Positions 9,170-19,656 of a DNA stretch of 64,000 bases are shown here, in pieces. Origin of the DNA: Savitreella phatthalungensis (lineage: Eukaryota). A model generated the notes under the pieces. It was not told the DNA's origin. It ran no database searches and worked only from the letters and a program-made list of their open reading frames with translations. The stretch lies in the NCBI GenBank assembly GCA_051599415.1, contig AP039714.1, forward strand, positions 1 through 64,000. The letters are read 5' to 3'. The first letter of the stretch is position 1; the number at the start of each line of letters is the position of its first letter. Made by a program: the position numbers and the translations under genes.

Positions 9170-9720
9170 TTGGTAATACATAGACCGACTGATTGTGGAA
9201 TTGACGGCGTCGTGAACCAGATAGTACGATCGGCATGGACGACTTGAGCGGTTGTGACAACTGCGGCCACTACACATATTCCCTGATTTTTGCAACCCTC
9301 ACTTCCATTGCGCGTTTGTTCTGGAGCGTCATTGGACGTCCAACATTGATGATCACATATCCGATTTGAAAAGATCCTCACTTCGCTTTTTGTGCGTTCA
9401 TTTTCCTGCAATTGATGAGATCTTGAAATATGTCCGCTATTTTGCACTGCTTTCGTCAGGTTTGCAACTTGACAAGGTCTTGCATCTTCGCAAATGACTC
9501 GAAAGCCGAAAATCGCAGTGTCAATACGATGAACAATTCTGGGACAATCGTAATTAGAGGCTTGGCAGCAGGCCAGTTTTTCTTTAACGCCTGCCATTGG
9601 ATTGCCCTTCTGTGGGTTTGAATCACGTGTGCCGCAATCGTTTACATTATCGGGCAAGGGAAAGCGCAAAGTCAAGATATCCTGCTACGTGTTGTGGCAA
9701 GCAGCACATCAAAGTCACCA
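9170..9720 (-). pseudogene. Possible decayed coding remnant, unidentified
   Basis: The minus frame reads as protein-like text with in-frame stops (AIQWQALKKNWPAAKPLITIVPELFIVLTLRF...LQT*RKQCKIADIF...AK*GSFQIGYVIINVG...EYV*W). Confidence 0.2.
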
Positions 9721-10312
9721 ATCTATACAAATTTGATGCTGCTTTTGCAAATTTCTGACCAAGAATCAGATCACGAGCCGTGTAAAACGCCGATCAATCC
9801 AACTATATTGGTGAATATTTGGTTGAGAAGTGTAAGATTGTGCTTCATTGTGCCATTTGTGATCGCACAAGTCTGGTCTTCGTTGCTTACACTCAACAAT
9901 GCAGCACACATGTACATTTCCGTGTAATTTTAAGGCTCGCTTGACCGCCTGCTTGTCAAGCAAGTATTAATTTGTAAAAAATCGGTCTGCCCTCAGAAGA
10001 TTTAAAGCGGCCATCGCTGTATAATTGATGTGGACATCATTGTGAACTCCTGTTGTCGCGCCTTCATTGAAAGGTGAAACTGTTCGGACCAGAGCCCTCT
10101 GCGGCTATCCGATGCACAGTGGGCTGAAGCGAGCGACGTCTTCGTGAGACAGCTTGATGATCATCGCTGCTCTTACACTTGATCAATACCTTGTCATGGA
10201 CCTTCCGCTGGCCTCTCGCCCTGGTGCGAAGCTGCATGACGAGAAGCACGCCGTTTTGGTCTTCAGAATCGCCGAACAGTGCTATACAACCAGGCTGTGC
10301 CCGGCTCGCATC

Positions 10313-10600
10313 TGTTGCGGAGGACTCAAACGGAGCCCATCAAAGAACACAACCAGGCACAAACGCTTACAAACAAGTGTGAAGAGACACAGAAGGATTG
10401 CGAGAGGTTGAACTAGATAGTACTTGTATCTGTGATATACCTGACACCTGTCATGACTCTACTGACAAGGCTGGTTGCTGCTGACGTGGCAGATTGTATT
10501 TAGCTACAGGAAGACACAGCATGCTATATGGGAACTGCATGCAAGATATTACCTACATCAGGACCTAGTACAGAGCAATACTATTTGACAGCTCCACACA
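10313..10600 (+). mobile_element. Solo-LTR-like repeat, copy 2
   Basis: TGTTGCGGAGGAC...CTATTTGACAGCTCCACA(CA): TG...CA ends with an imperfect terminal inverted repeat. No target-site duplication seen. Confidence 0.75.
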
Positions 10601-10733
10601 AAGGATGTTGTCGCAACCGTCTGGTCGTCCAGGTCAATCGTATACGGTTCGTACACGACGCCGTCACTTCCGCAATCACTTGGTCTAGGTATTCCGCAAT
10701 CACTTGGTCCAGATATTACAAGATGGTAGCCCC

Positions 10734-11056
10734 GTATGGAGCTGTCAAATAGTATTGTTCTGTTCTAGATCCTGGTGTTGGTGATATCTGGCACGCCATC
10801 TCCAAACAGCGTGTTGCGTCCTCTTGTACTCCCCCTACCAACCTGCCACGTCAGCAGAGTTGTGGTATGTATCAGATATAGCATGGTCGGTGCCGCCGCC
10901 TAGGCCGTCTCTCGCAGTCCCTCCGTGTCTGTTTGTGCTCGTTCGTGTCTCTCCGTATCCCTCGGTGGAGTCCGTCTGTGTTCTCCTGTGTCGTCTGTCT
11001 CGTGTCCGTGTTGCTTCGTCCGTCGCTCTCGGGTCCTGCGGCCGTCCTCCGCAACA
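10734..11056 (-). mobile_element. Solo-LTR-like repeat, copy 3 (inverted, CpG-rich)
   Basis: The reverse complement reads TGTTGCGGAGGACGGCCGCAGGACCCGAGAGCGACGGACGAA...GCTGACGTGGCAG...CAATACTATTTGACAGCTCCATAC. Confidence 0.75.
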
Positions 11057-11734
11057 TTCGAGGGCTCTTGTGACGAATGTCTGCCGCTTTGCAATAGCTG
11101 TCGCTGTCCAGCCTGCGGATACACTAATTGTACACAGCGCTGTTACTCCCGCAACCACCCGATCCTACTTTCGACGAGATTGTAGCTCCGTAGTGAATTA
11201 ATGAAATACAGTAGATATTGGTTGCCACACGAGATGTCTTACACGTGACATGTCTCGATTTTGCGAACGTGGCAGATTGCGTGGCGAGGTGCAGGCATGA
11301 GAAGATGCAGCACGCTGTATACAGACGGCGTACAAGGTACAGGTATCACCAGTGCTTACAATAGCACAGCGAACAATACCTGTTCGACAGTGCGAGCATG
11401 GGATATAACCCTTTGTCACACATATCACTGAACGATTGCGGAAGTGATAGCGACGTGTACAATGGCGGACAACCTGATCAGCACGACTTACCCAGTCGCG
11501 ACAGTGACACTCCATTGTCCAAGCGTGTACAAAAATTGCTTGCGCCTGGAGCACCCGTGAATTTTGCGAAGGTCACACATCGAACTCTGAGCCAGATAGT
11601 CCGCCAATGCCACTCAATCGATCCTACCACAGCATCCAGAGCTACCTCGGATGCATACTTGCAAACCCGAAAACGTCCGATGCGGCGGGTTTCACACTAT
11701 ACAGTCATTGATTATCGTAAATGGACGGGTCACG

Positions 11735-13753
11735 CTAAGATTCAGTCGCCGGCACTCTCGGCTTGCCCTTCGACTCGAACATGACCATCTCGTGGAGGCC
11801 TTTTCCTGCTGGAACCATCGGGTAGCAGTGCTCCTTCGGCGTGACCATAGCTTCCAGAAGGACTGGCCCTTCATGAGCGAGGAACTCTGCCATGGCAGCC
11901 TTCAGGTCTGCCGTTTTCTCGACGCGGATGCCGCGAACGCCCATGGACTCTGCGAGCTTGACAAAGTCGGGATTCTTCTGGTGTGTGTGGGCATAGCGCT
12001 TCTCATAGAAGAGGGTCTGCCATTGTGTGACCATGCCCTGCTCCTCGTTGTTGAGGATAAGCCACTTGCAGCCGATGTTGTATTGCGCAGCGGTCTGCAT
12101 CTCCATAGCCGTCATGCTGAAGGAGGCATCGCCGTCGATATCAACGACAATGTGGTCTGGTTTGGCTACCTTTGCACCCACAGCAGCGGGCACGCCGTAG
12201 CCCATTGTGCCAAGACCTCCGGAAGAGATCCAGGTGCGCGGGTGGCGCCAGCGAAAGTACTGTGCGGCCGTCATTTGGTGCTGACCGACGCCTGTGCAGA
12301 TGATGACGCGGTCCTTCATGTGCGCCGTTTGGTCGGAGAGCTCTTCGATGACGTGCTGCGGCTTGCAGATCTCGTCGGGCTCAGCGGTGTCGTAGTTGAA
12401 GGGCAGACGGCGTTTCCAGCTGGCAATCTGGTCGAACCAGACGTTGCGGGCTGATCGCGGAACGGTTTCGACGAGAGGCAGAAGGGCTGCGAGGTTGTCG
12501 GCGACGTCGCCCTCGACGGCCTCGGTAGCCTGGACGACCTTGTTGATGTTCTTGGGCATGATCTCGAAGTGAACGATACCGCCACGTCCGTTCCGCGCTG
12601 CCTCCCTGGCAGCCGGGGCGAATTTTGCTAGGTTGCCCGTGACACGGTCGTCAAACCTGGCACCCAGGGCGAGAATGAGGTCGGCCTCCTGCATGGCGAG
12701 GTTGGCGAACGCGCTTCCGTGCATGCCGAGCATGTACAAAGCCTTCTCGTCCAGCTCGTCGAAGGCACCCAGTCCCTGGAGAGTCGTAGTCACAGGAATC
12801 TGGCACTTCTCGGCAAATTGTCGGAGGATCTCGGGGCCCTCTTCCTTGTGCAGCATGCCCTGTCCGACATAAAGAATCGGCTTTTTTGCCATGTCTACGA
12901 GCTTTGCGACGCGATCGAGCGAGGCATCGAGGACCTTACTGCCAACGGTAGGGTTTACAGCGTTGACGGCTCGGACGGGCGCTCTTGGGATAGCGGACGA
13001 GGTCGGGATTGCCTTGCGAAGGATGCCAGCAGTCACATCCTTCGGGAGATCGACGAGCACAGGCCCCGGCCGGCCAGAGGTAGCGATCTCAAATGCCTCA
13101 TTGATGCGACGCGGCAGCTCCGCAACATCCTTGACGAGAACATTCCACTTGGAACACGGGCGAGTAATGCCCACGACATCTGCTTCCTGGAAGGCGTCAG
13201 TGCCGATTGCGCTGGTCGGAACCTGTCCGGAGAAGACGACGAGAGGCGTGCCGTCCATGAGTGCATCCTGCATGGGGGTCACAACGTTCGTGGCACCTGG
13301 ACCGGAGGTGACAATCACGACTCCAGGCTTGCCCGAGGCGCGAGCGTACCCCTCGGCCATGTGTCCTGCGCCTTGCTCATGCCGGGGTAGGATGAACTCG
13401 AAGTGGGGTGAATTGTAGATAGCATCGAAGACAGGGAGGATAGCGCCACCCGGGTAGCCAAAAACGTGCTTGACACCCTGTCGCAGGAGCATCTCGTGGA
13501 AGATCTGGCCGCCTGACATTCCGATGAAGGAGTCATCCATGTCATTTGGCTTATTGCGCTTCAGCTGAGCAAGTGGAGAATTTTTCTGGGATGGTGCCGG
13601 GGTCGTGTTGAAGCTCGGTGCTGGGGTCGGACGAGCTTCTGCAGCAGCATCTTTCCTCGTCGTGCTCGAGATAGTACGATTCTTAGGCAGCGTCGCAAGA
13701 GTAGCGCGGCCCGATCGAATTGACCGCGCTAAACGCAGACTTCTCGAAAGCAT
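11735..13753 (-). CDS. ILV2: Acetolactate synthase catalytic subunit, mitochondrial
   Basis: FGYPGGAILPVFDA, RHEQGAGHMAEGYARASG, TSGPGATN and the ThDP motif GDASF...LNN. The ATG at 13753 gives the Arg-rich presequence MLSRSLRLARS. Confidence 0.97.
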   Translation of the reverse strand: MLSRSLRLARSIRSGRATLATLPKNRTISSTTRKDAAAEARPTPAPSFNTTPAPSQKNSPLAQLKRNKPNDMDDSFIGMSGGQIFHEMLLRQGVKHVFGYPGGAILPVFDAIYNSPHFEFILPRHEQGAGHMAEGYARASGKPGVVIVTSGPGATNVVTPMQDALMDGTPLVVFSGQVPTSAIGTDAFQEADVVGITRPCSKWNVLVKDVAELPRRINEAFEIATSGRPGPVLVDLPKDVTAGILRKAIPTSSAIPRAPVRAVNAVNPTVGSKVLDASLDRVAKLVDMAKKPILYVGQGMLHKEEGPEILRQFAEKCQIPVTTTLQGLGAFDELDEKALYMLGMHGSAFANLAMQEADLILALGARFDDRVTGNLAKFAPAAREAARNGRGGIVHFEIMPKNINKVVQATEAVEGDVADNLAALLPLVETVPRSARNVWFDQIASWKRRLPFNYDTAEPDEICKPQHVIEELSDQTAHMKDRVIICTGVGQHQMTAAQYFRWRHPRTWISSGGLGTMGYGVPAAVGAKVAKPDHIVVDIDGDASFSMTAMEMQTAAQYNIGCKWLILNNEEQGMVTQWQTLFYEKRYAHTHQKNPDFVKLAESMGVRGIRVEKTADLKAAMAEFLAHEGPVLLEAMVTPKEHCYPMVPAGKGLHEMVMFESKGKPRVPATES

Positions 13754-13962
13754 TTCCCGTGTGGTGGTTGTGGTGTCTGTGTCTCGTGCCAGAAGAATCT
13801 CCACTTTTTGGCGGGCTTCAACGGACCCTTAGCAGCCGCTGCTCCCGTCTCCGCTTGCTACAGAAACGACACTTTTTATCACTCACAATACAGGAAAATC
13901 TAGACTCATGTATTTTTGAAACTGATGATCAAATTCGCACGGGAATTAAAGATTGAACCAAT

Positions 13963-14949
13963 CTACAAGGCAAATGCGATGAGACCAGCAGCACCGACGA
14001 GGATCGGAGCGCTGAGGCCAAGAAGGTTAGCCGCAGAGGAAGTGCGGACAGTCGAGCCGGAGGCTGACGCGGAGGCACCACCAGCTGCGGATCCAGAGGC
14101 ACGGGCGGAGCCAGAGGCAGCGGCGCCGCCGGAGGTTCCGGTAGAGTTGCCGCGGTTGACGACAGTCGAGTTGGGTCCCTGGGTAGCACTGGTGCTGTTG
14201 GAGGCATATGCGGCGCAGGACGCGTTGGCTGCCAGTGCGCAGTCAGGAGTGATGCAAATCGACTGAGGTGCGGCGGCGGCTGACATCGGTACGCTCACGT
14301 TGGGTCCGCAGCGGACGTTGAAGAGCGAGTTGAGCGCACTGCCGACAACTGCAATGTCGGACTGAGCAACGCCGAAAGAGGAAGCCGCAAGGGCGACCTG
14401 CTGAATGAAGTAGGTGTTCTGGGCGGTTGTGAGGTACATGTACTTGTGCACAGCGTACTGGCTGGGGTTACCCTGGTAGGCCGGGAATGCGTCGTTACCC
14501 TGCATGGAGCAGCCGAGCAAGTAGCCGAAGTACTGGTAAAGGTGAGTCACGAGCTTGTACTGGTTGGAGCCCTCGGTGGGAAGAGTGTTGTTCAGCAGCG
14601 GGGTAGCACCTCCACCGTCGAGGAAGTTGACGCCGGCAGTGGCGACACCGTTCCGGTTGGTTGTCGGACCAGACATTCCGGTGAAGAACGGAGCAAGGTT
14701 GACAGCGGTGCCGTTAACAGTGCCAGGAGCGAGAATTCCGGGGACTGCATTCTTGGGTGCAGGGTTGGTGGTGTAGTTGCCGAGAGCAACGGTATTGACG
14801 ATGAGCTTGAGAAGCGTGTATTGGTTCTCAGCGGTGTTGTTCATCAGCAGTGCGGACGTGTAGTAGTCGCAAATCGACGTGTTGGACGGACGTCCCTGAG
14901 CGGAGGCGCCAGTGGCGGCGAGCGCGAGGGTTGCGATGGAAAAAAGCAT
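13963..14949 (-). CDS. Secreted, probably GPI-anchored protein with a truncated-globin-like core
   Basis: Signal peptide MLFSIATLALAATGASA, Ser/Gly/Ala linker and hydrophobic C-tail. The core LAPFFTG...HLYQYFGYLLG...YQG...AVHKYMYLT...FGV..D resembles group I truncated haemoglobins. Confidence 0.8.
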   Translation of the reverse strand: MLFSIATLALAATGASAQGRPSNTSICDYYTSALLMNNTAENQYTLLKLIVNTVALGNYTTNPAPKNAVPGILAPGTVNGTAVNLAPFFTGMSGPTTNRNGVATAGVNFLDGGGATPLLNNTLPTEGSNQYKLVTHLYQYFGYLLGCSMQGNDAFPAYQGNPSQYAVHKYMYLTTAQNTYFIQQVALAASSFGVAQSDIAVVGSALNSLFNVRCGPNVSVPMSAAAAPQSICITPDCALAANASCAAYASNSTSATQGPNSTVVNRGNSTGTSGGAAASGSARASGSAAGGASASASGSTVRTSSAANLLGLSAPILVGAAGLIAFAL

Positions 14950-15599
14950 GTTTGGAAATTTCCTTTGCCTACTGTGCGGGCCGATCCTCTCTTATACTCT
15001 GCGAAGACCTCCTTCCATGTCCGTGCCAATCCGCAGCTACGCAGGGCTCACAATATTTTCCTTATGTCCACAGGCAAGATAGCAACGAGGGGTGCGCGTG
15101 TTTCGACAATCCGGCCGCGTGGAGCTATTCTAGTGCGGCCACTGGCCAATCACATTGGCTTTATTGCGGATTATCCCTGTTGTGTCTGATTTACACCCAC
15201 CACGCGACAGACACGCTTTTTGTGCGCATGTCATTATCCCGCCTATTCAGCCAATCAGCGGAGGGCTCTTCATCCGATGGGGCTAAGTATCACCTTTCCG
15301 CAGTCTCGCGTGCGTAAACTATCTGAATCTAGATCAGCCACGAAGAAATGATCGCTGAGATCCGGCCTAGACGGCAACGGAAAATCAAAAATCCTCAAGT
15401 ACCTTGAACACCCGGGTGCGCAAAATCAACTTGGAAAAGTCGAAGCGGGTGGCTGGTAGCACATCGAAAAACATCACAATGTCGCGTTTATAACCACGGT
15501 TACAGCCCAAAAGGGCTCTGTGTCGAGGAGGGTCGCGGTAAAGATCATGAGTATATCTCGCCATGGGGACGCATCTCCTCTTTGCAAGACACGCTCACG

Positions 15600-17408
15600 A
15601 TGTTTGTCGCGTCGCTCGCCGTCCTGGCAATTATTTTCAGCCCATCGGCGCATGCATTCTGGAGGATGCCATGCGCGGCACCTCTCGTCGTCGAGCGACT
15701 AGATCCAATCGTAACGCCCGGAAAGCTGTCCGGCCACATGCACACGGTTATGGGCGGCAGTAATTTCAACCAGACAACGACGACGGCTGATTTGAGAGCT
15801 AGTGAGTGCACGACGTGTCAGATCGCGCAGGACAAAAGCGCATATTGGGTGCCGAACCTCTATTTTTACTCCACTGCCACGGGAAAGTACACTTCTGTGA
15901 ATCAGCTCGGCGGAATGACCGTCTACTATATCCAGCGATATGGTTACAATGGGGAGCAGCTCTACGCATTTCCCGATGGCTTCCGAATGTTGGCTGGAAA
16001 TCCGCTGAAGCGCTCATACGACGGCAGCCTGGAAGCGCAGGCAATCTCATACCATTGCCTCGACTACAATAATCCAGCAATTCCCGAAACTCACGGATTT
16101 CCTACTCAAAACTGCCCGAACGGCGTCCGGCAACAGATTTTCTTTCCATCGTGTTGGGACGGCGTCAATACTGATTCTGCAGACCACAAGTCGCACGTCG
16201 CCTACCCATCCCAGCAAGATTCTGGAACGTGTCCATCCTCTCATCCCTATCGTCTCATCTCGCTATTCTACGAGATCGTGTGGGACACGAACGCCTTCAA
16301 GGATCTGATGTCGCAAGGTAACTTCGTGCTGGCCAATGGTGACCCAACAGGCTACTCATCGCATGGCGACTTCTTCAATGGCTGGGATCACGACGTGCTG
16401 CAGAAAGCTGTGGACACCTGCCTTGCTGATTCGGGTGTCTTCACGGACTGTCCGGTGTTCAATGTGATCCCTTCCGCCACTGCGGCCCAATGCTCGAAGA
16501 CTCCAACCATCACGGAACCTACTTTTGGTACCCTCACAGCGCTGCCCGGAGGCAACCCGATCCAGTGGGGCCCAGCGGACGCGTCGCTTGTCGCATATAG
16601 CGCTGACCTTCCGACGAATGCTCGGTATGCGATTTCGGCCAGGGCAAATGCAGCGGATCCGCGCGTGGCTTCACAGTTCCCCTCGCCGATTTCTCTCACA
16701 CCAAAAGGCTGCTATGCAGACGGCTATCCGCTCTCGAGAAGTATGGCCGGTCTCGGCATCTATGGCGTTTACACATCCACCGCCATGACGGCTTTGCTCT
16801 GTTCTCAGTATTGTCTCGGTCAAGGCTTCGCGTACAGTGGTACGGAATACTCCAGCCAGTGCTTCTGCTCAAACAGCATGCCAAACACGCAGCTCGATGC
16901 ATCAAAGTGCAATATGGCTTGCGGAGGGGATGCGTCTTCGTATTGCGGTGGTGATAATGCGCTGTCAGTTGTTTACAATTCCGCCGGAGCTAAGTTCCTC
17001 ACCGGCACATCCACCTCCTCGTCCGCAGGGTCGATGGCCACGGGATACACAACAACTGGCAACTGTAATGGCGCTTCATTTGGCTCGGGGTACGTTTGTT
17101 GGGGTGGCATGCAACTCTGTCCGATTGTCAACGGTATCGTCTATGGTGCGTGTGCCGGCGCTTGCTTCGATCCGACCAAGTTTCAGTGTAACGGTGGCTT
17201 TCTCGCGGCTGGCTCAGCAATGCCGACCACAAGTCCCAGCCCGCGCCCGAGTAGTACGACCAGACCATCGCGGACGTTTGCGACAAGTCCGGCAAGACGG
17301 GTGTTCGCTACGACGCCGGCGAATGGTTCCCAAGCCACAGCGGCTAGCTGTGCAGGGTCGACAGCTTGGAAGTTGCTCCTGACATTGTTCAAGATCGCTA
17401 AGTGTTGA
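15600..17408 (+). CDS. Secreted DUF1996 + WSC + CBM52-like protein
   Basis: Signal peptide from ATG 15600. DUF1996 motifs RLDPIV.PG..SGH.H...GG, DKSAYWVP, FPSCWDG and HGDFFNGWD; WSC motif GCYAD...C...C...GTEYSSQCFC; C-terminal LCPIVNG...CAGACFDP..FQC (Carb_bind/CBM52-like). Confidence 0.9.
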   Translation: MFVASLAVLAIIFSPSAHAFWRMPCAAPLVVERLDPIVTPGKLSGHMHTVMGGSNFNQTTTTADLRASECTTCQIAQDKSAYWVPNLYFYSTATGKYTSVNQLGGMTVYYIQRYGYNGEQLYAFPDGFRMLAGNPLKRSYDGSLEAQAISYHCLDYNNPAIPETHGFPTQNCPNGVRQQIFFPSCWDGVNTDSADHKSHVAYPSQQDSGTCPSSHPYRLISLFYEIVWDTNAFKDLMSQGNFVLANGDPTGYSSHGDFFNGWDHDVLQKAVDTCLADSGVFTDCPVFNVIPSATAAQCSKTPTITEPTFGTLTALPGGNPIQWGPADASLVAYSADLPTNARYAISARANAADPRVASQFPSPISLTPKGCYADGYPLSRSMAGLGIYGVYTSTAMTALLCSQYCLGQGFAYSGTEYSSQCFCSNSMPNTQLDASKCNMACGGDASSYCGGDNALSVVYNSAGAKFLTGTSTSSSAGSMATGYTTTGNCNGASFGSGYVCWGGMQLCPIVNGIVYGACAGACFDPTKFQCNGGFLAAGSAMPTTSPSPRPSSTTRPSRTFATSPARRVFATTPANGSQATAASCAGSTAWKLLLTLFKIAKC

Positions 17409-17556
17409 GCGTCACCATTACTGTTTGCATATATACGTACGTACATATCTTGACGAATTATGACAGTAGACACGTGCATACGTTGTCGGCACTTTCTTCC
17501 CGTTCCGAGATATAAGAAACCTGGATGACATCAGACCTCGATAGCAATCAATAGCG

Positions 17557-18708
17557 ATGTCCCTGCACCATACAGTCCATCATCATGCTGATGACGAGGG
17601 CAAGCTCGGCGCGCGTCTCTCGGAGCTGACTGCTCAAACGACCAAGCCCGGTCAAGAAGCACACGATGGCATACTGGCACCGGCGCACCAGGCGGATCAT
17701 CCAGAGCACCCGCACTCGCTCTCGGAGTGGACACAGGCCGGTGTCGCGAAGCTCGAGGATTACGCAGCTCTATATCATTGGGGAAACTGGGTGATTGATC
17801 GCAAAACAAAGCAAAAGACGTTCGAGCAGATGCCGCTATATGTCCGAATGGGAATGCATCTGCTCTACGTGGGAGGTCTCGAGGAAGCCTTCCTGAAGAA
17901 CGCGTCGTTCGCCCAGCGCTTGTTCATTCGCGAATCGATCTCGATGGGGAAGTACTTTGACAGCATGGAGTCACGCTCGAAGATTCCGGGCTTCGTCAAG
18001 TCCTTCAATCTCTGTCTGGGCGAACTCGAACAGCCAGACCTCGACAAGTATGAAAATTTCAATGCTTTCTTCAGTCGCGCTCTCAAGCATAATGCGCGCC
18101 CAATTCATGCGGAGACCGATCCTCGGGCGCTTGTGACCGCCGCAGATTGTAGATGCGTCGTGTTTAACTCAATCTGCTCAGCAACTCAGCTCTGGATCAA
18201 GGGCCGCGACTTTACGATAGCATCGCTTCTGGGCGATGATGCAGAGCTCAGTGCACATTATGAAGGAGGGCAGATGGCAATTTTCCGATTGGCGCCTGCG
18301 GACTACCATCGTTGGCATTCTCCTGTTGCTGGGACTGTGCAGTCCGTGCGCGAGATCGATGGGTCGCTGATGACTGTCAATCCGATGGCGATCAACGAAG
18401 ACTTGAATGTCTTCACAAGAAACAAGCGCTCTGTTTGCTTGATTCAGACAGAATACAGTCGAAGCCCCGTTGTCGTGGTCGCCATCGGAGCTATGCTGGT
18501 CGGCTCAATCAAGTGGCTGTGCAAGGAAGGTGATTCGCAGGCAAAAGGCCAAGTGCAGGGTTACTTTCAATACGGTGGCTCTACGGTGATTGTGCTCTTT
18601 CCATCAAGCATGGATATCAAATTTGACCAGGATCTTTTGGAGAACAGTGAGTCGAAAATCGAAACAATCGTCAAGGTTGGGGAATCGCTTGGAAGGCTGC
18701 GTGTTTAA
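17557..18708 (+). CDS. Phosphatidylserine decarboxylase family (PSD2-type catalytic domain, no C2 domains)
   Basis: FNAFFSRALK..ARP, ADCR, FRLAPADYHRWHSP, IGAMLVGSI and the self-cleavage motif GYFQYGGST. Confidence 0.92.
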   Translation: MSLHHTVHHHADDEGKLGARLSELTAQTTKPGQEAHDGILAPAHQADHPEHPHSLSEWTQAGVAKLEDYAALYHWGNWVIDRKTKQKTFEQMPLYVRMGMHLLYVGGLEEAFLKNASFAQRLFIRESISMGKYFDSMESRSKIPGFVKSFNLCLGELEQPDLDKYENFNAFFSRALKHNARPIHAETDPRALVTAADCRCVVFNSICSATQLWIKGRDFTIASLLGDDAELSAHYEGGQMAIFRLAPADYHRWHSPVAGTVQSVREIDGSLMTVNPMAINEDLNVFTRNKRSVCLIQTEYSRSPVVVVAIGAMLVGSIKWLCKEGDSQAKGQVQGYFQYGGSTVIVLFPSSMDIKFDQDLLENSESKIETIVKVGESLGRLRV

Positions 18709-19656
18709 GAGAGACCATCCACCAGAACGCTGATAGAGATCGACCTCCTGCAGACATTTCACTCAGCACCACAAATTTTACAGCTGAGGACAGAAAGTTC
18801 TTGAATGGGGCGACAATAACGGTCGGTGTATGGACTGTGATTGCGATTCGCCCATCACCTGTCTTGCGTTTCTCAATCATGGACGATGAGAAGTGCAAGT
18901 ATTTGCGGCGACATGGTGCTGCACTCGTCGTGGTCGGCTACACGTGCAGTCTCAAGTGTGGTGACACATTGAGATGCCACGGCGCCAAATGCACTTTCGA
19001 GTGCACCTTGCCTTGAGCATGCGGTGCATATGCGCCGGCTCTGCTTGTCGCTCGCATGATGATAGTATACATACCTGGCAAGTCTCCGATCGCTTGAGCC
19101 TCGACATCTGATTAGTGCCCCGATCACCGTCATATGGTGTCCGCAGAAGACCGAGCGCGGAAGAAGGAAATTGGACAGTTGGTAATTCTCCAGAGCTGGT
19201 GTTCGTAAAATGGATGTCACCCATGTGAGCCCAATGAAAGTCGCGCAGAAGTGAGAGAGAATTTGCGTTGCTGTACATGCGTGATCGGTTACCAGAATAA
19301 GCGCCCTCAGGCAGATTGCTGGAGAATGCACTCCGCGCGTTGTTAGTGCGGACACCGAATTGCGGTGCAAGGGAGCGGCACGAGCAGAAGAATAAGCATG
19401 ATATAGTGCTTTCATTCAGGCTGGCTAGTTGCCTCACGTTTGTGATTGGTCAATTTATTGCACCCCACGGCATTTGATTCTTTCGGTCCTTGATGGGGCC
19501 CCTCTCAAACGCCGGCGGACAAGCGGCGACTGAAATTGGCGGCGGCATTTGAATAGTTTGTAGAATTCGTCGTCGGCGTTTGAACACCCTCGTTGATCCC
19601 ATCGCCTCGGCCATATAAAGGATGATGTTGCGCTCAGCATTGTCTGCCACGAATCA

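Noticed and set aside
8818..11056. Full-length LTR retrotransposon between the LTR-like copies
   Set aside because: Only ~1.1 kb between copies 1 and 2, no gag/pol motifs, PBS or TSD seen, and the copies are strongly diverged.
11398..11784. 128-aa + ORF next to ILV2
   Set aside because: No recognisable motif and it overlaps the ILV2 3' end; cannot be supported.
11651..13418. Long antisense ORFs over ILV2 (also over NST1, GH5, RHO2 and ETF-QO)
   Set aside because: Shadow ORFs expected from GC-rich codon bias.
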